A stretch of DNA of 52,665 bases, from contig CAKNQJ010000002.1 of NCBI GenBank assembly GCA_930990645.1, forward strand, positions 1 to 52,665. Reading direction: 5' to 3'. A model generated the notes under the pieces. It was given only the letters and a program-made list of their open reading frames with translations. It was not told where the DNA came from and searched no databases. This DNA comes from an uncultured Clostridium sp. (lineage in GTDB: Bacteria; Bacillota; Clostridia; TANB77; CAG-508). The translations under genes were made by a program, and so were the position numbers. Of the stretch, positions 18,764 through 28,422 are shown in pieces; within the stretch, counting starts at the first letter, position 1; the number at the start of each line of letters is the position of its first letter.

Positions 18764-19156
18764 ATGGAAGAGTTTGATAAACAATTGAAAAAGGCTAAAG
18801 AAATTCTAATAGAAAAGACAAAATGTACAGACATTGTTTTGTTTGGAAGTTTTTACAGAGGCGATTATAATGCAGAAAGTGATGTAGACATTGCTATAAG
18901 GACTAAGAAAAAATTGTCTTCTAAAGATATATTTGAAATAGCTAGATTGTTAGAAGATATATTTAAACGAGATGTAGACTTGATAGATTTAAACCAAGTA
19001 GAAAATGATGGCTTTAGATACGAGATTTTAATTAATGGAAAAACTATTTATAGTGAAAATGAGTATGAGTTTGATTTATATAAATTGGATATGTACAGAG
19101 AGTATTTGGAGTTAAATGAAAGCAGACAGGAGATAATTAAGCAAATAAAAAGCTGA
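18764..19156 (+). CDS. mntA: MntA-type nucleotidyltransferase antitoxin (type VII TA)
   Basis: GSFYRGDYNAESDVDIAI nucleotidyltransferase motif (GS-x-G ... D-x-D), GGAG RBS, followed by a HEPN gene. Confidence 0.8.
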   Translation: MEEFDKQLKKAKEILIEKTKCTDIVLFGSFYRGDYNAESDVDIAIRTKKKLSSKDIFEIARLLEDIFKRDVDLIDLNQVENDGFRYEILINGKTIYSENEYEFDLYKLDMYREYLELNESRQEIIKQIKS

Positions 19157-19235
19157 TGTTTAGTATTATTGTTATACTAAAGCAATTAAGTTATGATGTC
19201 TGATTTATAAAAATATAGGAAGGAGTGAAAGAGTA

Positions 19236-19649
19236 ATGGAGAATGAAGCGGTTCTAATAAATAAATTTGAAAGTGTTCAAAAATGTATAAATAGAATAAA
19301 TGAAGAATATGCTGGCAATCCTGAAAATTTAGAAGATTACAGAAAAATGGACATGATTGTTTTAAATTTGCAAAGAGCGTGTGAAACGGTAACAGACATG
19401 GCTATGTACATTGTTTCAACTAGAAAGTTAGGAGTTCCACAAACTAAGAAAGAAGCATTTGTAAAGCTAGAAGAACATAATATAATAGATAGTAAAATGA
19501 GTAAAAATATGCAAAATATGATAGGGTTTAGAAATATAGCTATTCATGATTATAAAAATTTAGATGAAGCTGTTTTAAAAGCTGTTATAGAAAATCATTT
19601 AAATGATTTGATTGAGTTTTCAAAAACTATTTTGAATTTAAAAAGATAA
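19236..19649 (+). CDS. hepT: HepT-type HEPN/DUF86 toxin
   Basis: R-x4-H motif in FRNIAIHDYKNLD, about 137 aa, AGGAG RBS. Confidence 0.8.
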   Translation: MENEAVLINKFESVQKCINRINEEYAGNPENLEDYRKMDMIVLNLQRACETVTDMAMYIVSTRKLGVPQTKKEAFVKLEEHNIIDSKMSKNMQNMIGFRNIAIHDYKNLDEAVLKAVIENHLNDLIEFSKTILNLKR

Positions 19650-19725
19650 ATGGGTTATACTGTTTGAATATAATATGCTAAATATAAAGTTCAAATTAGG
19701 ATAATTCTAGGAAAGGGATGGTATT

Positions 19726-20448
19726 ATGAAAAAAAGTAATGTAATTATTTTTATTGTGGTGATTTTAGTAATTGTTGGAATTTTTGGTTATGCAATTTGG
19801 GATGCAAACAACTCTACTAATAGTAATGGTGCAGGACAAAATATAGAAAATTTTAATGTAAATGACCAAGGAGCGGGGACTCAAGAAAATGCAGTGCTTA
19901 ACGACATAATTAATGATACAAATATTGTAGGACAAAATGAAATTGTTACAAATGAAGTTAATACAAATACAGTAACTGGGCAAACACAAGATGAATATAT
20001 GCATGATTATTATGGAACATGGTATATTGATGAAGAATCTTATCTAAGAGAAGAAAGAATAGATAATTTAATGGATAGAAGAGAAGATGGATTAATTACA
20101 GAACAAGAATTTCAAGCTCAGCTAAGTGCAGAAGATAATTCTAACATAGCAGAATTAGAAATTGATAGAGCAAGACCTGCTGCTAGGGGAACTACAATAG
20201 AAATTGATTTTACACTAACGAGTCCAGCACCAACACAAAGAGAAGCTAGCATAAGGGATATAATAATACAACCAGATAATAATACAGGAACGTTTACATA
20301 TACAGATAATTGGGGAACTAGTGGTAATGGAACAATTACTTTTGCAAACAATACAATTACACTAAGACTAGAAACTACTCAAGCAGAACAAGGTGCATTA
20401 TGGGGAGTTGAGGGAAATTATACATTTTCATACAGGAGAATGGATTAA
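19726..20448 (+). CDS. Membrane-anchored protein of unknown function
   Basis: N-terminal TM (VIIFIVVILVIVGIFGYAIW), N/Q/T-rich linker, C-terminal globular part. No recognisable motif. Confidence 0.5.
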   Translation: MKKSNVIIFIVVILVIVGIFGYAIWDANNSTNSNGAGQNIENFNVNDQGAGTQENAVLNDIINDTNIVGQNEIVTNEVNTNTVTGQTQDEYMHDYYGTWYIDEESYLREERIDNLMDRREDGLITEQEFQAQLSAEDNSNIAELEIDRARPAARGTTIEIDFTLTSPAPTQREASIRDIIIQPDNNTGTFTYTDNWGTSGNGTITFANNTITLRLETTQAEQGALWGVEGNYTFSYRRMD

Positions 20449-20552
20449 GGACAAATTGGAACTTGGACAAAAGGGACACTCCTAAACGTCCAAAAACTTG
20501 GATAAAAAAGAGTGTCCCTTACGGTCAAAAACCTGGATAATTGGGATACTCC
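20449..20552. repeat. GGGAC-core hairpin repeat cluster
   Basis: TTGGACAAAAGGGACACTCCTAAACGTCCAA, AAGAGTGTCCCTTACGGTCAA, TTGGGATACTCC. Confidence 0.8.
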
Positions 20553-20610
20553 TATATAAATGCTTTTGTTAAGATTGAAGCGGAAATAGACACACTTATT
20601 TATTTGAGAT

Positions 20611-20656
20611 AGGTGTGTCCCTTTTGTTCGTTTTTTCGAACGAATGCTCCGTTCCT
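20611..20656 (+). repeat. TTCGAAC-word variant of the GGGAC repeat (about 55-bp unit)
   Basis: AGGTGTGTCCCTTTTGTTCGTTTTTTCGAACGAATGCTCCGTTCCTTTTGTTCGAG. Nearly identical copy at 24072-24129, diverged copy at 33539-33593. Confidence 0.85.
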
Positions 20657-20666
20657 TTTGTTCGAG

Positions 20667-22148
20667 TTAAAGAATTATGCAGATTAATCCGCCACTTCCT
20701 TCGTTTACAATTCGTTCTAGTGTTTCTTGAAGTTTTGCTTGCGCGTCTACTGGCATTTTTGCAAGTTTAGTTTGTAAGCCTTCGTTAACAAGCTCGTGCA
20801 AGCTTCTTCCAAATATGTTTGATTCCCATATTTTTGCTGGGTCGTCTTCGAAATTAGATAGAAGATAGTTTACTAATTCTTCTGATTGTTTTTCACTTCC
20901 TACAATAGGAGATACTTCTGTTTCGATCTCTGCTCTAATTAAGTGTATTGATGGTGCACGTGCGCGAAGTTTTACTCCAAAACGTGTTCCTTGTTTAATT
21001 ATTTCTGGCTCATCTAGTATTAATTCATCTATTGAAGGAGTTACAATTCCATATCCAGTTGCTTTTACTTCTTCTAATGCATTTGAGATTTTGTCATATT
21101 CCTTTTTGATTTCAGCCATAGAAGTAATAGTAGAGAATAGGTCACCTTCGTTGTTGATTTCAACTCCAGATATTTCTGTAAGTACTTTATAAAATAATTC
21201 ATCATATAGATTTATTGAAATATTTATAGTACCTTCTCCGAGTTTTATTTCATCAATCACAGTCTTATTAATAATTTGTGTGCTTTGTAATTTTACCACA
21301 CCGCTATTTACTTCTTTTAAGATATGTATATTTGAAAAAGCATCCTTTATTTCATTATACAATTCTTCTTTTAGCCAATGTGAATCAGATAGTCCATCAA
21401 CCCATTTTGGAAAATTGATATTCATTTTCTCAATAGGGAATTCATATAGTATTTTTCCGAATATTTCTTCAATGTCTTCCATATCAAGCCTTGAACAATC
21501 AGTAGGAATTACAGAAGTCTGGTATTTTTGCTCCAATTCCATTGCAAGGTTTTTTGTATAATCTGAGAATGGGTCATCAGAGTTTAGAACTATAACAAAT
21601 GGTTTATGAAGTTCTTTTAACTCTTTTACAACTCTTTCTTCTGCAGACACATAATCCTCTCTTGGAATATCTGTAATACTTCCATCTGTTGTGACTAGAA
21701 TTCCTATAGTAGAATGCTCTTCAATAACTTTTTTCGTTCCAATTTCGGCAGCTTGTTCGAAAGGTATTTCTTCTTCAAACCAAGGCGTTTTTACCATTCT
21801 TGGCATATCATCTTCCAAGTAGCCAATTGCGTTATTTACCAAATAGCCAACACAGTCTACCATACGAGTTTTTAATTTTAAATTATCTCCTATAGTTATT
21901 TCTACAGCTTCATTAGGAATGAATTTTGGCTCAGTAGTCATTATTGTTCTACCACCAGCACTTTGTGGAAGCTCATCACGAGCACGTTCTTTCTTGTATT
22001 CATTTTCAATGTTTGGAATAACTAGCAAATCCATAAATCTTTTTATAAAAGTAGATTTACCAGTTCTTACAGGACCTACAACACCTACATAGATGTCTCC
22101 TTGAGTACGATTCGCTATATCTTGGTATAATTTTAAATTTTCTTCCAT
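20667..22148 (-). CDS. spoIVA: Stage IV sporulation protein A (spore coat morphogenetic ATPase)
   Basis: N-terminal Walker A VGVVGPVRTGKSTFIKRFM, DELPQSAGGRTIMTTEPKF, length 493 aa. Confidence 0.95.
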   Translation of the reverse strand: MEENLKLYQDIANRTQGDIYVGVVGPVRTGKSTFIKRFMDLLVIPNIENEYKKERARDELPQSAGGRTIMTTEPKFIPNEAVEITIGDNLKLKTRMVDCVGYLVNNAIGYLEDDMPRMVKTPWFEEEIPFEQAAEIGTKKVIEEHSTIGILVTTDGSITDIPREDYVSAEERVVKELKELHKPFVIVLNSDDPFSDYTKNLAMELEQKYQTSVIPTDCSRLDMEDIEEIFGKILYEFPIEKMNINFPKWVDGLSDSHWLKEELYNEIKDAFSNIHILKEVNSGVVKLQSTQIINKTVIDEIKLGEGTINISINLYDELFYKVLTEISGVEINNEGDLFSTITSMAEIKKEYDKISNALEEVKATGYGIVTPSIDELILDEPEIIKQGTRFGVKLRARAPSIHLIRAEIETEVSPIVGSEKQSEELVNYLLSNFEDDPAKIWESNIFGRSLHELVNEGLQTKLAKMPVDAQAKLQETLERIVNEGSGGLICIIL

Positions 22149-22193
22149 TAATTAATTAACCCCCTTAAAAATGTTTGTACTAAACTTTATTTA

Positions 22194-22224
22194 ATGTATA
22201 TTAAGTTATTTTTGAAGATATGAC
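22194..22224 (-). promoter_or_regulatory. Possible sigma-E type promoter of spoIVA
   Basis: Minus strand reads TCATATC, about 15-16 nt, ATATACAT, resembling kmATATT / CATACAnT. Located about 45 nt upstream of the ATG. Confidence 0.3.
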
Positions 22225-22404
22225 TAAATAATTAAAAAATACATGTTTACTTTTATAAAAACACTGAGCAGTAACAAATTTACAATAGAAAAATACTACC
22301 AAAAATTAACATTTGCCAAAATAATATTTATGTGATAGAATAAAGGCGTTTAGAAAAGAACAGCATAAAATATATAAAACAAACTAAAAGGAGTTGTGAT
22401 TTTA

Positions 22405-23667
22405 ATGGAAGAAAATATTATGGCAATTGTTATGGCGGCAGGAAAAGGTACAAGAATGAAATCTAAAAAATCAAAATTAGTACAAAAGATTTATGGAAAA
22501 GAAATTGTAAAAAGAGCAGTTGAAAACGCTGAAAAAGCAGGAGTCAAAGACATTGTGGCTGTTGTAGGTTACATGAAAGAAGAAGTAATGGCAGTTTTAG
22601 GTGACAGGGTAAAATATGCAAATCAAGATGAAATGCTAGGAACTGGTCATGCTGTAATGCAAGCAAAAGAATTTTTGAAAGGAAAAAAAGGTAAAGTTTT
22701 GGTTTTAAATGGAGATGTTCCATTAATTAGACCAGAAACATTGAATAAATTAATAGAAAAGAGTGTTGAGAACAAGGAGTATGTTACTCTTTTAACAGCA
22801 ATTTATGACAATCCTACAGGATATGGAAGAATTGTAAGAGATGAGGGAGGAAACATTTCTGCTATAGTGGAGGAAAAAGATACTACTGAAGAACAAAAAG
22901 AGATTAAAGAAATTAATGCTGGAATATATTGTTTTGATATAGAAGAGCTACTAGCAGCATTGGAAAAAATAAAACCAAATAATGCACAAGGGGAATACTA
23001 TTTAACAGATGTTGTTCAAATAATGAATGAAAAAGGATTAAAAACAGGAGCTGTTATAGTAGAAGATAATACAGAAATATTAGGTATAAATGATAGAATA
23101 CAACTTGAAATGCTTACAAAAGTATTGCAAATGAGAATTAATACAGAACATATGAAAAAAGGTGTAACAATAGAAGATGTAAATAATACATATATTTACG
23201 ATGATGTAGAAATAGGAATGGATACAGTAATACATCCAAACACAACAATAAAATCAGGAGTAGTAATTGGTGAAGATTGTGAAATTGGACCAAATGCATA
23301 TATTCGTGAAGGATGTAAACTCGCAAACAAAGTAAAAATAGGAAGCTTTGTAGAAATAAAGAAAGCTATAATTGGAGAAGGAAGCAAAGTGCCACATCTA
23401 TCATACATGGGAGATTGTGAAATAGGAGAGCATTGCAACATCGGATGTGGAACAATCACATGCAATTATGACGGACTTCATAAGAGCAAAACAATAATAG
23501 GAAATCATTCTTTCATAGGCTCAAATACAAATTTAGTAGCTCCAGTAACACTAGGAGATGAAACATTTGTAGCAGCTGGTTCAACAATAACAGAAGATGT
23601 GCCAGCGTATGCTTTAGCAATAGCAAGAGAAAGACAAACAAATAAAGCAGACTGGAATAAGAAATAA
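22405..23667 (+). CDS. glmU: Bifunctional GlcNAc-1-P uridyltransferase / GlcN-1-P acetyltransferase
   Basis: MAAGKGTRMKS nucleotide-binding motif, left-handed beta-helix hexapeptide repeats in the C-terminal half, AAAGGAG RBS before ATG 22405. Confidence 0.9.
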   Translation: MEENIMAIVMAAGKGTRMKSKKSKLVQKIYGKEIVKRAVENAEKAGVKDIVAVVGYMKEEVMAVLGDRVKYANQDEMLGTGHAVMQAKEFLKGKKGKVLVLNGDVPLIRPETLNKLIEKSVENKEYVTLLTAIYDNPTGYGRIVRDEGGNISAIVEEKDTTEEQKEIKEINAGIYCFDIEELLAALEKIKPNNAQGEYYLTDVVQIMNEKGLKTGAVIVEDNTEILGINDRIQLEMLTKVLQMRINTEHMKKGVTIEDVNNTYIYDDVEIGMDTVIHPNTTIKSGVVIGEDCEIGPNAYIREGCKLANKVKIGSFVEIKKAIIGEGSKVPHLSYMGDCEIGEHCNIGCGTITCNYDGLHKSKTIIGNHSFIGSNTNLVAPVTLGDETFVAAGSTITEDVPAYALAIARERQTNKADWNKK

Positions 23668-23671
23668 AAAA

Positions 23672-23707
23672 CGCGAACGAAGGGGACGGAGTGTCCCCTT
23701 TGTCAAA
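23672..23707. repeat. GGGAC-core hairpin repeat
   Basis: CGCGAACGAAGGGGACGGAGTGTCCCCTTTGTCAAAG, between convergent glmU and traX. Confidence 0.75.
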
Positions 23708-23710
23708 GTT

Positions 23711-24448
23711 TTAGAAGATAAAGTACAGTAGCAATAGATGTACAGGGTAGAAGAAGTACAACAAGTACTTTATTTTTTTGCCTTGTTTTCCATTATATAA
23801 TCCAATAAATATAGCAGCAATAGCAGTGAATATGCATAATAGCACATATGCATAGTTGAAACCATAATTTATTATATCTAAGCCATATCTTATTATGCAT
23901 AGTATTACAAAACTAGTGAGCATTACTGCTTTTTTGTCCTTGAAGAAATAAAATGCGAATATTACAATTACTCCCCAAAATCCATAATCTGTATTTAGCA
24001 CATTAGCAAGGTAGGCAAGTAAGATAACAACAACTATCCTTAAAATTATACTAAGATAAAAAGTACTAGAGTAGGTGTGTCCCTTTTGTTCGAAATTTCG
24101 AACGAATACTCCGTCCCTTTTGTTCGAGAGCTCGTTCCACAAATGAATTGCAAGAAGCCCTATAAACAAAGTAAAGAAGACATTTAGCGAAAGAGGGCTT
24201 GCACCTAGGTATTTATATGAGAACAAGGAGAAAGGTATTTGAGATATAACTGCAAATATGCCTAATCTCAACAAGTACTTTTTTAAATTCTTGGTGTGCG
24301 AATACCCTTCACTTATTTGAAAAGCAAATATAGGGAAGGCAATTCTTCCTATTAAATTAAAAAAACTAAAATGCCCAATTAGGGCGTCGCCAAAGTGGTC
24401 ACAAAACATTGATATGATGGCGACTATTTTTAATGCAAAGCTTGTCAT
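23711..24448 (-). CDS. TraX-family membrane protein carrying an in-frame repeat insertion
   Basis: FALKIVAIISMFCDHFG N-terminus typical of TraX, multiple TM helices, GGAGG RBS before ATG 24448. Confidence 0.75.
   Translation of the reverse strand: MTSFALKIVAIISMFCDHFGDALIGHFSFFNLIGRIAFPIFAFQISEGYSHTKNLKKYLLRLGIFAVISQIPFSLFSYKYLGASPLSLNVFFTLFIGLLAIHLWNELSNKRDGVFVRNFEQKGHTYSSTFYLSIILRIVVVILLAYLANVLNTDYGFWGVIVIFAFYFFKDKKAVMLTSFVILCIIRYGLDIINYGFNYAYVLLCIFTAIAAIFIGLYNGKQGKKIKYLLYFFYPVHLLLLYFIF
24072..24129 (-). repeat. GGGAC/TTCGAAC repeat unit inserted inside the traX coding sequence
   Basis: TAGGTGTGTCCCTTTTGTTCGAAATTTCGAACGAATACTCCGTCCCTTTTGTTCGAG. It is translated in frame as SNKRDGVFVRNFEQKGHT. 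Confidence 0.85.
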
Positions 24449-24532
24449 CAAAACCTCCAAATTATCTTATAATATGTTTTAGAATGTGCGCTATCTATGG
24501 TAATTAATATTATTAATAGCAAATCCTAATTA

Positions 24533-26284
24533 TCATATATAACGTTGCATTCCAAACTCAATTATTTGATATATTCCATAAAAGTTTATTATACACATTG
24601 TTACAATGGCTAAAGCATATATTGTATTTTTTATCTTAGGCCACTTTTTAAGTACACTTTCGAAAAACTTGAAAAGTAAGCATGCAAATGACCATCCGAA
24701 ATAGTATGTATAAAGTATAAATCCATTTTCATATGCGCCATACCCTAATACCGGCAGAAGTATTATAGAGAAAGCTATCCAACAAATGCAAATTCTACTT
24801 AGAGTATCTTTGCGGTTCAATATGAATGCGAGTAACGCTAATAGCAAAATTGCAATTCCTGCGATATTAATATTATTGTTTTCTGTTTGTGATAGTTGTG
24901 GATTGTATGCAGAAAGTATTATTGTATATATTCCAGCGACTAATTTTTGATCTAGGAAATTGTCATTTTCTATTTCTATTTTAGGCGCAATCATTGTGTT
25001 TAGAGCAAAATGAGTGTACCTATTTATACGCTCTTGGAAAGATGAATTTTCTCCAGTAAAAGTTTTAACAAAACTTATGGAATTTTCAACTCTATCAGGT
25101 ACTAGCAATAATATTTTAGCGGAAATTACTAATACAACCAAGAACTTAAAAAAAGTAAAAAAGATATTTTTTATACTTTTCTTAAAATCTTTATTTTCAC
25201 ACAATAATGGGAAAAATATCCCCGAAGTTAATAAAGTTCCAGTTGCACCGATAAATGCGATATCTTTATTCTTTAAACCATTTATGCTCATGTAAATAAA
25301 AGCTATTAAATAAAATACTGCTATTACATATTGTTCCATATTTATTAAGAAAAGTAGAGTAGGATATGTAACTAAAAGGAAAATCATAAATAGTAATCTT
25401 GTCCAGCCTTTCAGCTTCATCAATCGCTGTAGTAATACTATTGAAATGAGCACAAGACATGCTTGTACGATAGCTAGTAGAAATGGATACATTTCCCAAA
25501 TAGTAAAGTCAGATATTATTCTAGGTACAAGTGTAAAAGGCATTGAGAATATTGCAAAAAATGGTTGCCTAAAGTCATTTTCGCCACCATTTATATTATT
25601 GTATAGGTCATCACCTAAAATTACCTGAGTATCAGATGAGAATATTATATCTCCTCTAATTCTGTCATATGCATTATTGACGAAGTCCTGACCTATTATT
25701 AGAGTTTTATCATTTTTGGTTGAATATGTTATGTTATAAATTCTATTTGGCTCTGTAATATGAGCTTTGGTAAAAACATTTGTCATGTTATATATAACTA
25801 CTATTGCGATTGATATTATGATTATAGATATAATCAAAAAGTTTCTTTCTAGTTTATCTAGTGATTTTACAAATAATTTAAAGTAATGCCAAAACTTAGA
25901 ATAAAACCAATATAAAATTATAATTGCAGCAGGTATCGCAGGAAAAGCAAATATAAGATTGTTAAAAGTTGTTGAATAATCTGGCATAACCAAATATATT
26001 AGATATATAGCATATATACCTAATATGGCACTTACTATTAAAGTGATTTTACTTGTATGGTTGAAGAGATTTTTTAAAAAGCTAAATTTAATGCTAATAA
26101 ACAACATTATTAAAAACGAAGATATTGGTAAAACAATATCAAAAATAGTATTAGACCAATCTCCAGTTATTAATATTGCAGTCAAGCAAGCAGTTGATAA
26201 GCTGAATAAAATATTAAATATAATTTGTACAATTTTGTTATCATAAATTTTACTTAAATTTATTGATTTGTTTAATTTGTTCAT
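24533..26284 (-). CDS. Large polytopic membrane protein, function unknown (possibly GT-C-like glycosyltransferase)
   Basis: About 14 hydrophobic segments and one soluble loop. GGAG RBS before ATG 26284; the ORF-track extension to 26353 translates repeats. Confidence 0.55.
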   Translation of the reverse strand: MNKLNKSINLSKIYDNKIVQIIFNILFSLSTACLTAILITGDWSNTIFDIVLPISSFLIMLFISIKFSFLKNLFNHTSKITLIVSAILGIYAIYLIYLVMPDYSTTFNNLIFAFPAIPAAIIILYWFYSKFWHYFKLFVKSLDKLERNFLIISIIIISIAIVVIYNMTNVFTKAHITEPNRIYNITYSTKNDKTLIIGQDFVNNAYDRIRGDIIFSSDTQVILGDDLYNNINGGENDFRQPFFAIFSMPFTLVPRIISDFTIWEMYPFLLAIVQACLVLISIVLLQRLMKLKGWTRLLFMIFLLVTYPTLLFLINMEQYVIAVFYLIAFIYMSINGLKNKDIAFIGATGTLLTSGIFFPLLCENKDFKKSIKNIFFTFFKFLVVLVISAKILLLVPDRVENSISFVKTFTGENSSFQERINRYTHFALNTMIAPKIEIENDNFLDQKLVAGIYTIILSAYNPQLSQTENNNINIAGIAILLLALLAFILNRKDTLSRICICWIAFSIILLPVLGYGAYENGFILYTYYFGWSFACLLFKFFESVLKKWPKIKNTIYALAIVTMCIINFYGIYQIIEFGMQRYI

Positions 26285-26297
26285 TTCTTGGTTCTCC

Positions 26298-26443
26298 TTT
26301 TTTACACTTGGGGACACTCTTTTTTGTAAAAGTTTTTTTACACTTGGGGACACATCTCATAAGTTTGTAGAATTAATTATAAAACATAGACCTGTCCCTT
26401 TTGTCCAAGTTCTTGGACGTTTAGGAGTGTCCCTTTTGTCGAA
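26298..26443. repeat. GGGAC-core hairpin repeat cluster
   Basis: Two TTTACACTTGGGGACAC units, then AGACCTGTCCCTTTTGTCCAAGTTCTTGGACGTTTAGGAGTGTCCCTTTTGTCGAA. Confidence 0.85.
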
Positions 26444-26445
26444 TT

Positions 26446-28266
26446 TTATTTAACAGTTACGCTTTTGTTGTTTGTATAAATTACCATTCCAGGTGCACTG
26501 CCAGACGGCTTCCTAACATATTTTACAAAAGTATAGTCTACTACAATGTTAGAAGACATATTTGCTTTGCTGTGTTCTTTAGCCAATGTAGCACATTTGT
26601 TAATTGTTTCTTGAGTTGGAGTTTTGTTGTCAGTTTTTAGTATTACATGGCTACCGTGAAATTCTTTTACATGAAACCATATGTCGTCTTTATTTGCAAG
26701 TTTTGTTGTAAGATAATCATTTTGCTTGTTGTTTTTTCCAACTAAGACAGTAAATCCGTCGATTTCAAATTTTAAAGGCTCTCCTAAACCTGATTTTGAA
26801 TTTGCATTTTTTGAAGAAGATATGCTACTTGACTTATTTGTTTTGCTATGCTGGATTTTAAGTTTATTACTAGCTTTTCCACTATTGCTCTTTTTCTTAG
26901 ATATAACAGAATTATTTTCTAGTTTATCATAAATTTTATCTAATTCAAAGATATTTTGACATTTATTTATTTCATCAACAACTTCCTCAAAGTAATCAAT
27001 ATCATTTACTAAAGATTCTTTTTGACTATCTACAAATTCTTTTGCAGTTTTTAACTTTTTATATCTCTTGAAAAATTTCTTTGCATTTGCAGATGGCGAA
27101 ACGCTCTCGTCAAGAGGAATTGTCAAAGGAGAGTTGTTATCATAATAATTTTCTAATGTAATAGATTTTTGATTGTAGTCATCAATTCTATACAAGTTAG
27201 AAGTAATAAGTTCTCCATATAGCTTGAATTTTTCAGCATCTTTGCATTCAGAAATTTTGTCGTTTACTTCATCTAATTTGGAATTTAGTTTGTTCAATCT
27301 ATTTAAAATCAATTTCAATAATGTATCTCTGTAATTAATAAAAGTAGCATTTGTTTCTTTTGATGTGTAGTAATCATCCAAAAAGAAATTTACAGATAGT
27401 TTAAAATTATCAGTTTCTCGTGTTATAGACGATGAGCCAAAATCTAATAATTGTTGGTCTTCTTTTTTTGTTGAATTACTATTAAACAATGCTAAAGCAT
27501 AATCTTTGCCATACATTTTGCATATGACTGGACTAGTACGATGCATAATCTTATTTATATATTTATATAAAGCATCGGAACTACTTTGGCAAAGTTCATC
27601 ATCGATACTAAGTTCTGTTTCAAAAGATTTAACAGAAGATTTACTAATACCTGTAAAAGTATTACTTAAAATACTAATCAAGCTGTTGCTATTTATTTTT
27701 TTACCATTATTCTCTAAAACTCTATAAAATTCTTCTTTATCCTTAATATCCATAAAATCCAATTTATCAGATTGAGGTAAAACATATTTAGCTCCAGCAA
27801 AAATATCTCTATATGAGCCAGAATTTATTGAGAAATGTTTCAAACTATCAATTATAACATCTTGATTATCCAATAAAATAATATTGCTATGTTTTCCCAT
27901 AAGCTCAACAACCAATTTTTTATTAGAGAAATCTTTAGACTTGTTGTAACCCTCAATCTCAATAAAAATAATTCTTTCTAAGCCTTTGGTATATATATTT
28001 GTAATATGACTACCAACCAAATATTTTCTTAAAGCCATACAAAAATTAGGCGCTTGATTAGGATTTGGCTTTGCATTTGTTGTCAAATTTGCTCTATAAT
28101 ACCCAGGGCTTATCACTAAGTTTAAGGCATATTTTATGCCATTAGAATAAATACCTAATATGATTTCATAAAAATTAGGCTCATATATTTTATCTATTTT
28201 TCCATTTATTATATGTTCTTTTAATTCAGATACAATTGTGTAATTTACTAATCCGTCGTAAGCCAT
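26446..28266 (-). CDS. rqcH: NFACT-family ribosome quality control protein (fibronectin-binding protein A homolog)
   Basis: N-terminal MAYDGLVNYTIVSELK...KIDKIYEP NFACT-N domain, coiled-coil middle, C-terminal DUF814 (WFHVKEFHGSHVIL). Confidence 0.88.
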   Translation of the reverse strand: MAYDGLVNYTIVSELKEHIINGKIDKIYEPNFYEIILGIYSNGIKYALNLVISPGYYRANLTTNAKPNPNQAPNFCMALRKYLVGSHITNIYTKGLERIIFIEIEGYNKSKDFSNKKLVVELMGKHSNIILLDNQDVIIDSLKHFSINSGSYRDIFAGAKYVLPQSDKLDFMDIKDKEEFYRVLENNGKKINSNSLISILSNTFTGISKSSVKSFETELSIDDELCQSSSDALYKYINKIMHRTSPVICKMYGKDYALALFNSNSTKKEDQQLLDFGSSSITRETDNFKLSVNFFLDDYYTSKETNATFINYRDTLLKLILNRLNKLNSKLDEVNDKISECKDAEKFKLYGELITSNLYRIDDYNQKSITLENYYDNNSPLTIPLDESVSPSANAKKFFKRYKKLKTAKEFVDSQKESLVNDIDYFEEVVDEINKCQNIFELDKIYDKLENNSVISKKKSNSGKASNKLKIQHSKTNKSSSISSSKNANSKSGLGEPLKFEIDGFTVLVGKNNKQNDYLTTKLANKDDIWFHVKEFHGSHVILKTDNKTPTQETINKCATLAKEHSKANMSSNIVVDYTFVKYVRKPSGSAPGMVIYTNNKSVTVK

Positions 28267-28356
28267 AGTGTATACTCCTTTTTGATTTGCTATAACAATT
28301 TTAGCATAAAGTTTTACCGTTTACAACTGAAACTTAAAGAAAATCGCAATTTTCTC

Positions 28357-28385
28357 TTGACTTAGGGAATTTGCTGGCATATAAT
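28357..28385 (+). promoter_or_regulatory. Consensus sigma-A promoter of sigH
   Basis: TTGACT 28357-28362, 17-nt spacer, TATAAT 28380-28385. Confidence 0.65.
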
Positions 28386-28422
28386 AAAAACATAGGAAAC
28401 TTCAGGAGGTATCTTTATAAAT

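Noticed and set aside
18560-18784. Two overlapping 60-64-aa ORFs on opposite strands
   Set aside because: Both lie inside the long-TIR repeat element and its A/T-rich ends. They have no RBS, and the same sequence recurs non-coding at 9689-9890.
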